Shown here in pieces: positions 17,503 through 27,600 of a stretch of 64,000 nt of DNA. Position numbers and translations under genes: made by a program. The DNA lies in the NCBI GenBank assembly GCA_045863335.1, contig BTVY01000023.1, positions 15,755 to 79,754 on the forward strand, given 5' to 3'. The DNA is from Candidatus Hydrogenedentota bacterium (GTDB lineage: Bacteria; Hydrogenedentota; Hydrogenedentia; Hydrogenedentales; SLHB01). Numbering within the stretch: position 1 is the first letter of the stretch; the number at the start of each line of letters is the position of its first letter. The notes under the pieces were generated by a model that had not been told where the DNA came from, did not search any database, and saw only the letters and a list, made by a program, of their open reading frames with translations.

Positions 17503-18977
17503 ACCGGATGCGATCGCCACACTACGAACGCGCCCGGCGAGAGTTGAAAACCCGCGGTTTCAGCGACGATGCGGTCCGACAGTGGTTGAATCTGCACGAG
17601 CGCGCGCGATTCGCCCATGCATACCTCCCCGGCGCGAAGGGCCGGCCCTGGATGGTGCGGGACTACCAGCGAAAATCCCTCGAATCCTTCGCGCTGCGCA
17701 AGGTGCATTGCGATGGTCGTGACGTGGGCAAGACGGCGGAGATCGAAATCATCGCGGCGTGGGCCATGGTCGCATGCCCCGACACGGAGATGCTCATCGC
17801 CACGCAGTGTGAGAATCATCTGTTCCCGTTGATGCACCGGCTCGTGCGCCGGTTCCAGACAACACCGGCTTTCGCGCCAAGCCTCGTTGAGTTGCGCCGG
17901 TCGCCGTCCTGGTTCCTTCGATTCTCTAACGGGTTCGTCCTTTGGGGGCGCATTGCGGGTCCGCGGGGAATGAATTTCCAAGGGCTTCACGTGGACTGGC
18001 AAATCGTGGACGAAGCCCAAGAGATGACCGAGAATTCCTGGGGAGAGTTGTATCAGGCGTTGAACGGGTGCGGCCGCCGCTGGGTGTATGGCGTGCCAAA
18101 TGGCTTGCGCAATACCTTCTACCGCATGACGCGCATGCCGGACGCGGAACAGTACAACTGGCCGTCCACGCTGAACCCGGATTACACGGCCGAGAAAGAC
18201 GCCGAGTTAACCCTGCTCTACGGCGGCAAGGATTCGCCCGGCTATCTTCATCGCGTACTCGGACTCCACGGATCACCGGCCCATGCCGTCTTTAATCTCG
18301 ACCACTATCAGGAATGCGTAGACGACGGTATTGACTTCCTGGCGCTGACTGTGGACGAGCAAGACCCGCTTGATCTGCCGGGCGCCACCGAACCGGGGGA
18401 ATACTACCTCGGCTGTGATCTGGGCTACGCGCGCGACCCGTCGGAATTCGTCGTGTTCCGAGCCGAGCCGCCGCACTTGACCAACGTGATACGGGTGCAT
18501 CTTCGGGGCGTAAACTATGCGCGGCAACAGGAGATCATTGTCGAACTGGACGCGGCGTTTGACTTCCGCTCCATCGGGATTGACTGCGGAAACAATGGCC
18601 GTGCTGTCGCCCACAATCTCATGGCGCAGGGGCCGTTGTGGTGCGAGAAGGTTCGCGCCTTCGAGTTCGGTTCGGTTTTGGAACTGGAACCGTTGCCGGA
18701 CGGCCGTCCCGACCGACGCCCCATGAAGACGTTCATGACCGAATTGCTCCAGCGACACTTGGCAGACCGGTCGGTCGTGTTTCCGCGCTTGCCGGACCGC
18801 GAAACGCAGTATGCCTCGCACACGTACTCAATCGGCATCAGCGGTCAAGTGCTGTTTGAGAAGGGCAACGATCACATCATCGACGCCGACCGATGCGCCG
18901 TGCTCGCCCATTATCTCGACACCCAGCGCGGGACCGCGGCGCCGTCAATTGGCCGTATGCGGCTGGAAGGATTCTGA
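17499..18977 (+). CDS. Phage terminase large subunit-like ATPase-nuclease
   Basis: Walker A-like DGRDVGKT, Walker B LHVDWQIVDEAQEM, C-terminal RNase-H-like nuclease Asp motifs (LGCDLGYARD, IGIDCGNNG); 492 aa. Confidence 0.55.
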   Translation: MNRMRSPHYERARRELKTRGFSDDAVRQWLNLHERARFAHAYLPGAKGRPWMVRDYQRKSLESFALRKVHCDGRDVGKTAEIEIIAAWAMVACPDTEMLIATQCENHLFPLMHRLVRRFQTTPAFAPSLVELRRSPSWFLRFSNGFVLWGRIAGPRGMNFQGLHVDWQIVDEAQEMTENSWGELYQALNGCGRRWVYGVPNGLRNTFYRMTRMPDAEQYNWPSTLNPDYTAEKDAELTLLYGGKDSPGYLHRVLGLHGSPAHAVFNLDHYQECVDDGIDFLALTVDEQDPLDLPGATEPGEYYLGCDLGYARDPSEFVVFRAEPPHLTNVIRVHLRGVNYARQQEIIVELDAAFDFRSIGIDCGNNGRAVAHNLMAQGPLWCEKVRAFEFGSVLELEPLPDGRPDRRPMKTFMTELLQRHLADRSVVFPRLPDRETQYASHTYSIGISGQVLFEKGNDHIIDADRCAVLAHYLDTQRGTAAPSIGRMRLEGF

Positions 18978-18989
18978 TCTTGCGGTCTC

Positions 18990-21068
18990 TCACAGACCGT
19001 TCAGCACGTTGCTTACCCGCTCGGTGAGCACGTCCGCCGTAAAGGGTTTCTGAATGAAGCGGTCTCCCAGTTGCTCCGCGATAAACCGGGAATCGCGGTT
19101 TTCGATATGGCCGGACATGAACAAAATCCGCATGTTCGGCCAAGTCTCAAGGATGCTCTCCGCCAGATCGCGGCCCGAAGGTCCAGGCATGACCATATCC
19201 GTCAACACCAGATCAATGGCCGTCCCCTGCCTCTGGAGAATTCGCAACGCTTCACGAGCATTCGGGGCGGCGAGAACCGTGTACCCCTCCTTCTGAAGGA
19301 TCCGTTCCACGACCTTACGGACCGACTCTTCATCCTCCACAACAAGAACCGTGCCTTCCGCATCGGTTCTCCGATCGCGCGGCGCTGGGGAATCAGCGTC
19401 TTCCTCGGTGTGCTCCGCCACCGGCATCGCGATCGTAAAGACCGATCCCTGGCCGGGCGTACTCTCGGCCACGATCTTGCCGTCACAACTTCGGACAATG
19501 GCGTACACGGTGGAAAGCCCCAAACCGGTTCCTTGACCCTCCTCCTTTGTCGTAAAGAACGGTTCAAAGATACGGGCGAGGACTTCCGGATCCATTCCCA
19601 TGCCCGTATCGGAAACGCTGAGGTGTACGAAACTGCCGTCCGGCGCTTCCTGAAGCGCTTTGCGCAACCTGGGCCGGTCCACACGGGTACGCACGGTGAT
19701 CGCGCCGCCTCGCGGCATGGCGTCGCGCGCATTCACCACCAGATTCAGTAACACCTGTTCGATCTGACTGATGTCCGCATAGATGTCTGGCAACGACGAG
19801 GCCAACTGCACGTCGAGCCTGATGTTCTCGCCGATGAGACGGCGCAGCAATTCGTGCATATTCTTGATGATCTGATTGAGATTCACCACGCGACGGCTCG
19901 CGACCTGACGCCGGCTGAAGGTTAGTAGCTGCCGGGTCAGGGCAGCGCCGCGCTCGGCGATGCCAAGAATCTCCTCGGCTCCAGACTGCACGGCTTGTGT
20001 ATCCCCGGGCTGGCCTGCCATCAAGTCGGCGGTGCCCATGATGGCAGTGAGCAGATTGTTGAAATCATGAGCGACGCCGCCGGCCAGCCGGCCAACCGCT
20101 TCCATCTTTTGGGCCTGCCGAAATTGATCTTCGAGCTTCCGAAGATCAGTCACGTCGAGCCCGTAAATAAGCACATGCGTCACATTGCCGTTTTCGTCAA
20201 GAATGGGTTTGTGCGTGCGAATCCAGTGTTCGACGTCTCCCGATTCAAGCGGGAATCGTTCGTCGAACTGCATCACCTCCTTGCGCGCCACCACAAGATT
20301 GACCCACTCGGTGCGTTGTTTGCCGATCTCGGGATTGATCCCGCGGTATTCGCAGTACTCCTCCATCGTCTGCCCGATAATCCAGGATCGTGTTTCCGGG
20401 TCTGGAACCGCGCTGGGAGAAGCGTACTCGTACCGGCACGAACTGTCGACCATGGCAATGTGCGCGGGCAGCAAGGCCAGCAGCTCCTCATAGAATTCAC
20501 GCAGTCGTATCGCTTCCAGTTCGGCCCGGCGCCGCTCCTCGATATTCTGCGTGATGGACAGGATGCAACGTTCGCCATTCAATGTAATGAGCCGCGCATA
20601 GAATAGACCGTGAATGACCTCGCCACCCTTCTTGCGGACGCGAATCTCCAACCCATTAATCTCGCCGTCTTGACGTAGCGCATCCACAATGCGCTGCCGG
20701 TTCTCGCCATCCGCCCAGAGGCCGATCTCGGCGGAAGTGTGTCCGATGATCTCCTCCCGAGCGTAACCGGTCCGCATAATGAACGCTTCGTTTACATCGA
20801 AGAATCGTCCATCGGCGAGCGTAGCAATCGACATGGAGAAGGGGCTGTCTTCGTAGATAAACTGGCGGAAATCCTGCGCATGGGCGCGGCGGGCCATTTC
20901 CTCGTCGAGCGCCTTGTACAGCCGTTCATTCTCCGCGAGGAGACTCCCCAGCGATTCCTGAATGGCGTCACATGCCTCTGTGCCGCCGGGCAGATCCTTA
21001 ACCAGTCTGCTCAGTCCGGACAATTCGGCTCGGACCTTCGCCTCTATATTGTTCTTCTGATTTGTCAC
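18990..21068 (-). CDS. Hybrid sensor histidine kinase/response regulator with PAS domains
   Basis: H-box HDFNNLLTAIMG, HATPase N/G boxes, C-terminal REC domain (LVVEDEESVRKV...DLVLTDMVMPGPSG). Confidence 0.85.
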   Translation of the reverse strand: MTNQKNNIEAKVRAELSGLSRLVKDLPGGTEACDAIQESLGSLLAENERLYKALDEEMARRAHAQDFRQFIYEDSPFSMSIATLADGRFFDVNEAFIMRTGYAREEIIGHTSAEIGLWADGENRQRIVDALRQDGEINGLEIRVRKKGGEVIHGLFYARLITLNGERCILSITQNIEERRRAELEAIRLREFYEELLALLPAHIAMVDSSCRYEYASPSAVPDPETRSWIIGQTMEEYCEYRGINPEIGKQRTEWVNLVVARKEVMQFDERFPLESGDVEHWIRTHKPILDENGNVTHVLIYGLDVTDLRKLEDQFRQAQKMEAVGRLAGGVAHDFNNLLTAIMGTADLMAGQPGDTQAVQSGAEEILGIAERGAALTRQLLTFSRRQVASRRVVNLNQIIKNMHELLRRLIGENIRLDVQLASSLPDIYADISQIEQVLLNLVVNARDAMPRGGAITVRTRVDRPRLRKALQEAPDGSFVHLSVSDTGMGMDPEVLARIFEPFFTTKEEGQGTGLGLSTVYAIVRSCDGKIVAESTPGQGSVFTIAMPVAEHTEEDADSPAPRDRRTDAEGTVLVVEDEESVRKVVERILQKEGYTVLAAPNAREALRILQRQGTAIDLVLTDMVMPGPSGRDLAESILETWPNMRILFMSGHIENRDSRFIAEQLGDRFIQKPFTADVLTERVSNVLNGL

Positions 21069-21128
21069 CCGAATCCAATCTGGTTTTTGAACTGGCTCTC
21101 CGGCTCCTACTGTCGTAATCGATCGTCG

Positions 21129-22100
21129 CTACCCGTTGGACATTGAGCCCACGGGAAACAGTGACTCGACCCGCGCCGTGCATTCACTCGAAAGCGTCAC
21201 GTTCGCAGCAGCGATATTCTCCTTCAATTGCGCCACCGAGGTGGCTCCAAGAATGACGCTGGACACGTTTGAATTTGCGAGGCACCACGCGATCGCGATC
21301 TGTGTGGCGGTCATTCCCTGCTCTTCGGCGATCGCGGCCAGTTCCTGCGCACGGACCTTGTTGGTTTCCTTCCAGTACATATCCTTGATGACTGCGTTCT
21401 GCCGGTCGTCCGCTGCGCGGCTCCCGGGCGGAGCATCCTCACCCGGCTTGTACTTCCCAGTCAACATGCCGTGGGCGAGGGGGGAGAAGGTCACGTTGCC
21501 AATCCCCTCGGCTTCGGTCGTTGGAAACAGGTGAGTCTCCGGATGCCGGTACAGGAGGTTGTAGCGGGGCTGGCTGACTGCGATGGGCCGCGCGCCCAGT
21601 TCGCGGGAGAGCGCGTTGGCCTGCACGATGAGTGTCGCGGGCCATTCGCTGATCCCCCAGTAGATGATCTTCCCCGCGCGGGCGAGGTCTTCCATCGCCC
21701 GCACCGTTTCCTCCAGCGGCGTCGACGGGTCGGGACGGTGGCACATGTAGATATCCACATAGTCCATGCCGAGCCGTTTGAGGCTTGCGTCGCACTGTTC
21801 GCGGATGTGCTTTGCGGAAAGACCGCGATCATTCGGGCCGTCGCCCATGGGCGCCCAGACTTTCGTCAGTACAACCAGGTCCGAGCGGGCAAACTCGGCC
21901 AAATGCTTGCCGAGCATGCGTTCCCCCTCCCCCATGTTGTACGCATTGGCCGTATCGAAGTAGTTTATGCCGTTATCGTAGGCGAAGCGGATCGTGTCTC
22001 GCGAGGTCTCGTCGTCGCAAGTCATTCCGATGGTCAAATAGCTGCCCAGACCCAGCGCGCTGACTCGCACGCCCCACTTCCCTAGCTGTCGGTACCGCAT
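21129..22100 (-). CDS. Aldo/keto reductase (Kv-beta/YajO-like)
   Basis: GLGSYLTIG, NYFDTANAY, ILGATSVAQLKEN. Start at MRYRQLGKWG with a GGAGGG RBS. Confidence 0.8.
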   Translation of the reverse strand: MRYRQLGKWGVRVSALGLGSYLTIGMTCDDETSRDTIRFAYDNGINYFDTANAYNMGEGERMLGKHLAEFARSDLVVLTKVWAPMGDGPNDRGLSAKHIREQCDASLKRLGMDYVDIYMCHRPDPSTPLEETVRAMEDLARAGKIIYWGISEWPATLIVQANALSRELGARPIAVSQPRYNLLYRHPETHLFPTTEAEGIGNVTFSPLAHGMLTGKYKPGEDAPPGSRAADDRQNAVIKDMYWKETNKVRAQELAAIAEEQGMTATQIAIAWCLANSNVSSVILGATSVAQLKENIAAANVTLSSECTARVESLFPVGSMSNG

Positions 22101-22311
22101 GGAACCCTCCAATCTATTCGTTTGCCATCGTAGCAACCAGAACCGGCTGGCGCAATGACAAGCGTTTACGGACCAAACCGCTCTTGCAACATCGCTCCAA
22201 GACGTGTCAACGCACAACGGAAATGTCCGACCCAAGACGTTTGTCCCGTCGAATCAAAGTGGCTATGCTCGCCGTGGACAAACCGTCAACTGTTGACATT
22301 CTGGACGGCCT

Positions 22312-23115
22312 ATGAAACCGGAACTGTTTGAATTCCTGGGGATACCGATCTACTCGTACCGGCTTTTGCTGGCTGTTGCCTTCGTTCTATGCACCTTGCT
22401 CGCCGTTCGCGCGTCGGAGCGGCAGTCCGGTGGCGTCCGTCTCGTTCCCTTCATGGGGATTTGGGCCTTGGGCGGCGCCCTGTTGGGCGCGCGTACTTTT
22501 TACGTTTTACAGTATCGGAGCCCCGCGGAATACTGGACGGCCATGGTCGTGTGGGAAGGAGGCCTGGTGTTCTACGGCGGGCTGTTGGGTGGCGCTGCGG
22601 CGGTGGCCATCCACTGGAGACTGCACCGCACCCCTTTCCTGAAGAGTGCCGACGTTGTCGCTCCATATCTCGCTCTGGGAGAGGCAATTACGCGGATCGG
22701 GTGCTTCCTGAACGGATGCTGCTATGGCGCGTTGACGCACGTACCTTGGGGAATGCGTTTCCCACCAGGCAGCGTGGCGTACCAGGCCCAACTGGACTCG
22801 GGTTTGATCACAACCGCCGACCTGCGCGCCCACGCCTGCCACCCCACGCAACTCTATATGGCGCTTGGACTACTTCTGGTATTCGGATTGCTGCACCCAT
22901 TGCGTCTGCGCCAGCTTCAGGCTGGATTCACGGTGTGCGGATACCTCCTTCTGTATGGTATTCTGCGTTTTCTCGTCGAATTCTTACGCGGCGACAGCGC
23001 CCGTTCGGTATTCGGGATGACCGTCTCACAGGTGATTAGTCTCGCGTTGATCATCGGGGCCGGTTCGCTGTTGGCGAGCCGATACTTCCGGGTCTCTACA
23101 ACGGAGATTCCATAA
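22312..23115 (+). CDS. lgt: Prolipoprotein diacylglyceryl transferase
   Basis: Lgt signature GGLVFYGGLLGG and RIGCFLNGCCYG. Confidence 0.85.
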   Translation: MKPELFEFLGIPIYSYRLLLAVAFVLCTLLAVRASERQSGGVRLVPFMGIWALGGALLGARTFYVLQYRSPAEYWTAMVVWEGGLVFYGGLLGGAAAVAIHWRLHRTPFLKSADVVAPYLALGEAITRIGCFLNGCCYGALTHVPWGMRFPPGSVAYQAQLDSGLITTADLRAHACHPTQLYMALGLLLVFGLLHPLRLRQLQAGFTVCGYLLLYGILRFLVEFLRGDSARSVFGMTVSQVISLALIIGAGSLLASRYFRVSTTEIP

Positions 23116-23215
23116 GGGTGCACGTGTAGGTGGTGAAAACCGAAGCGTTGCCCCAACCGTCAATCCCGGTGATACGTGGTCAGTCAGCGCCCGGCGCGCA
23201 CGGAGTATGTACAAA

Positions 23216-24658
23216 ATGAAGCGAGTCCTGCTCATGGTCACCTTGATGTTCTTCCCCAGACTGCTTGCGGCCCAGTCTCTGGACATATCGAGCCTGGAGG
23301 GAGAAAGCTGGTACGGGCTTTACCTGAACGGGCAGAAGTCCGGATATTCGATGCACGTGGTAAAAAAGGCCGACGACGGCACGGTCAGCGTGCAGGAGGA
23401 CGCCCATTTCCGGATGAACATGGCGGGGGTGCCCCAGGACATGCGCATGTTCGCGAACCGTATCTACGCGGCGGACGGCCGGCTACTATCCGTCGAATCG
23501 ACTATCGATGATGCGAGAAGCACCTCGCGTTTCAACGCGATTGTCGAGGGCGACAACCTGATACTGCGCGCGGACATTGGTGGCGCCGTCACGGAGCAGG
23601 AGTTCCCTCGGCCGAAGGAATCGCTGGAGGACGCATTGAAGCAGGTAGAACTGGTTCAAGGCGAGGCCAAAGTCGGCGATGCGCTCACCTTCACGACCTT
23701 CGAGCCCATGAAACCGGGAGAAATCAAAGGGCGCAGCGAGATCCTTGCGATCGAGGAGCGCCTGCTCGAGGGCGCGCCGACCAAGGTATACAAAATCCGC
23801 ACCACCATGGACTTCATGGGCATCGAAACGGTGTCGTACGTCACCGAACAAGGGACAACGCTGGAGGACATCACGGCCGGACAAATTACGATGCGTCTGG
23901 AGCCGGAAGAAATCGCCAAGGATGTCGACTACAGCAACGACGTGATCGTTTCCAACGCGGCCATGGTGGACGAAATCATTACCGACCCCCGGACCCGGAA
24001 TGGTCTCAGGCTGCGGCTGTCGGGACCGCTCTCGCCCGCGCACTTGTTCAACGATGAGCGCCAGTTTCTTACGAAGAACGGGGACGGGTACGAGTTCATC
24101 GCCAAAGCGGTAACCCTGGAAGGCTTCGAAACCGCGCAAATTCCCATAACCGATGAAAAGGTGGCGCAGTGGCTGGAGCCGACCCTGTTCGTCCAATGCG
24201 ATGATCCCCGTATTGTGGAGAAGGCCAAGGAGATTGTCGGCGACGAAACCGATTCACTCAAGGCGTCTGCACTCCTGAGCGAATGGGTCTACAAGAACGT
24301 CAATACCATCTTCTCTGCACGGCTGACCAACGCCCTGGAAGTGCTGGACAGCCTTGAGGGCGATTGCACAGAGCACAGTATTCTCTTCGTGGCGCTGGCG
24401 CGGGCAGCCGGTATCCCCGCGCGCGAAGTGGCGGGGTTGATCTACATGGATGCGGGTACGCGGCCGGGCTTCTACTTCCATCAGTGGGCGAAGGTCTGGG
24501 TCGGCAAGTGGATTGACGTGGACCCAACCTGGAATCAGCCCCTTGCCGACGTGACGCATATCAAACTCGCCGAGGGGGATCTATTCCAGCAGGCTCAGCT
24601 CATCCCCATCATCGGACAGATCAAGGTGGAGGTGCTCGACGAAGCGTCCGGCGGTTGA
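23216..24658 (+). CDS. Secreted transglutaminase-like domain protein
   Basis: Signal peptide; C-terminal transglutaminase core GDCTEHSILFVALARAAGIPAR. Confidence 0.6.
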   Translation: MKRVLLMVTLMFFPRLLAAQSLDISSLEGESWYGLYLNGQKSGYSMHVVKKADDGTVSVQEDAHFRMNMAGVPQDMRMFANRIYAADGRLLSVESTIDDARSTSRFNAIVEGDNLILRADIGGAVTEQEFPRPKESLEDALKQVELVQGEAKVGDALTFTTFEPMKPGEIKGRSEILAIEERLLEGAPTKVYKIRTTMDFMGIETVSYVTEQGTTLEDITAGQITMRLEPEEIAKDVDYSNDVIVSNAAMVDEIITDPRTRNGLRLRLSGPLSPAHLFNDERQFLTKNGDGYEFIAKAVTLEGFETAQIPITDEKVAQWLEPTLFVQCDDPRIVEKAKEIVGDETDSLKASALLSEWVYKNVNTIFSARLTNALEVLDSLEGDCTEHSILFVALARAAGIPAREVAGLIYMDAGTRPGFYFHQWAKVWVGKWIDVDPTWNQPLADVTHIKLAEGDLFQQAQLIPIIGQIKVEVLDEASGG

Positions 24659-24673
24659 ACAAGGTGACGTGGC

Positions 24674-27600
24674 ATGAATGTGCCGACAGACTCTTTACCG
24701 CAAGGTAGACGCGCGCGCTGGAGACGCACGCTATTCGCGACGTTGCTTATTGCGCTCACGGTGATCACACTGTTTGTCATCGGTCTTCCTCAGCGTTATG
24801 CACTTGAGTATGGGTTGCGCAGCGCGCTGGGAACCAACGTGCGCGTCACGGGGTTGTCTATCGCTCCTTCCGTCCGGATTCGGGAACTGGTCGTCACGGG
24901 TGGCGCCGACACGCCTCCTGTCGTGATCCGCGGGATCAACCTTGACTATGCGCTGAACGTCGATTCCATCGTTACCATTTCCACGGTCTATGTTGAATCA
25001 ATCGCACTCGACTTGCGCCAAAACGAGGACGGCGCCACCAACTACGCTTTTGCACAGCGGCTTCTGCAGGGCGATTTGGAATCCAAACCCAGCGACGAAC
25101 CGCCAATGGACATAGCGCCTTATCTGCCGGACTCGGTCGTGGTCGGCAACCTGTCCATCTTGTTGGAATCGCCACAGGGCAACCTCTCCCTTGACGGACT
25201 CCGGATGGAGGCCGATATGGAATCGGTCCTGGCCATGAATGCCCGATTGCTTGGAGAGAACGTGCATGGCTTCGTCGCCGGTGCCGGTTTGGAGGAAAAG
25301 CAGCCGGTCAACGGCTCGATCGACCTCCAGTTCATGCGCAATATGGCCAGCATGGGATTCACTGCGTCCGTCGCTCTCGACGGCATCGCGACACTCGACG
25401 GCACGCTGCACACGATTGCCGCCGTGGGTACGACGGCCGCCCAATTGCGCATCGAGGAGGGCCGATTCTTGGACGACCGCTTCGCGGCCCTGTTACCTGG
25501 AGGGCTGCGGTTCGAGTCGCTCGATGTGTCGGGGACCGAGGTGACGATGTCCTCGCCCCCGGGCATTCCCTGGGACGTAAACGCGAACATTCACGTCGAT
25601 GGGAAGGGGATTCGCTATGGCGTCGCGGATCATGAATGGTACGAGGGCGACTTGCAGGTACGCGGGAATTACGACGGCGAACGCGGCGACTTCGAGGCGG
25701 TACTGAACAATGGTCAGCGGCTTTCCGTGCTGGTCAGCGGCGAGGTGGAAGACATCCACGTCGCCGCGACCCTCATCGATTGGGATCGCGCGGATCTCGC
25801 GGATGCGTTGCCCAAAGACTTCCGGCCCTTGCTTGACGAACTGCCGCACCTCAGCCAGATCGGTGCGTCCGCAGAAGTGCGAACGCAGTGGCCCGCCTAT
25901 ACCGTGAATGCTTCCGTCGACCCGCTCTTTACGCCCGAGGCTGGAGAAGGCGAACGATTTGCCCTGCGCATTGCGGGTGAGGGCAATACGAATGCGGCGC
26001 ACGAGGACCTGTTTCATGGAAAATTGAACGCCACGCTCGGCGAGGGCGAGTTGAACGTCATCATCGATGCGGATTCCGCGAAGCGTTACAACGGCGACTT
26101 CAAGGTTGCCTACATTGACATGGCGCGATGGTTGACGCCGATCCAACAACGCGTGCCCATCGCACCGCCGCCAGGCACGCTGAACGGATCGCTCCGTATC
26201 CGGCACGAGGCCGAGTTTGCAATCGAGGGCGAACTCTCCCTTGATGCGGATGAACCGGGACCGGACGTGTCATTGACGTTCACCGCCGCGTCGGAGACTC
26301 CGGAATCCATCATTCCAATGACCGGAAAAGGGACCGTACGGTTCCCCACGCTCGAACCTGAAGGGTCCGCGGACATTAACTTCCGAATGACCGACAAGGA
26401 TCTGTCCGTCTCGTCAGTTCTTTCCAACGTCAATCTCGCTTCCGCAGTATCACTGGTCAATCGCGACCTCATGCCGGAAGGAATGGCAGCAACGCTGACG
26501 GGCAGCGCCAATGTCACGCGCGATTCCGAACAGGTTTCCATCGCGTTGAACGTGGACGCCGCGCCCGCAACGATCGCCGGGCTGACCGTACCGGCCGAAC
26601 AACCATTGCACATCGAAGGTACGTTGCGCGGTCCGGCGGCGTTGAGCGAATTGCGCGCGGAGACGCTGGCATTACGATTGACCGACGATGCAAGGGTAGA
26701 TATCGGCAACCTCGCGATTGCGTTCTCGCCATTCAAAGTTCGTGGCCACCTCACGGGACGCGTTGATTTCGACTACGTAGGCCCCATCATTGGACTGCCC
26801 ACCGTGGTCGGTGCGCTTACGGTTGACGCGCCGTTTACGCTGATCGACGGAGTATTGGAGGCGCCGCTACGCCTCGAAGGTGACGGATTCGGATATGGCA
26901 AATGGGCCGGACCTTACGGGACCCCCGTTGTACTGACGGGAGACGCACGCTACGCGCTGGATACGCAGTCCCTCGGCATCGGCAACGCAGAAGTGCTCTG
27001 GGGAGAAAGCACGCGCATCACGAGCACGCAGGCCGCCGCTGTGTTGAGCCCCTTCTCGCTTTCGGCGCCTTTCGAGGTTGCCACGGATCTTGCTCCCTTG
27101 GTTGACCTCCGCTTTCTTGATGCCGCAGACGGCACGGCGACGGCGAATGGCACGCTCGGCATTGGCAGCGGCCAGCAAACACGTGTGGAATACGATCTTG
27201 CCGCGCGGTCCCTGACCTTGGCCGGAGCCGTGGCCGCGTTCGGCGGATTGTCGTCCTCCGGCAACCTGGTGTACGGCGAGTCGCTGGACGGACGGGTCCG
27301 ATTCGCGGCCGCCGAAGCCGCGGCCGCCGGCGCGGTCCTGACCGATCCCCGCGGCATTTGCATGATCGAGAACGGCGTTGCGCAAGCCACCCATGTCGAA
27401 GCTTCGCTCTATGGGGGGCGAACCGCTTTTGATGCGACGGTGAATATCCTGGATATGGACGAGGGGGGCCGCCTGGACGCCCATCTCGAAGGGGTCGATT
27501 TGGATCGGTTTACCAAAGAATACGAACCGCCGTCTGTCGTGCTCACGGGGATTGCCAACGGAGACGTGTCGCTGGTCTGGGCTGCGAACGGGCTCGCTGA

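Noticed and set aside
16981-18977. Intact prophage around the terminase genes.
   Set aside because: No integrase, portal, capsid, tail, lysis genes or att-like direct repeats within several kb on either side. Flanking genes are ordinary chromosomal genes (lipase-like hydrolase, histidine kinase).
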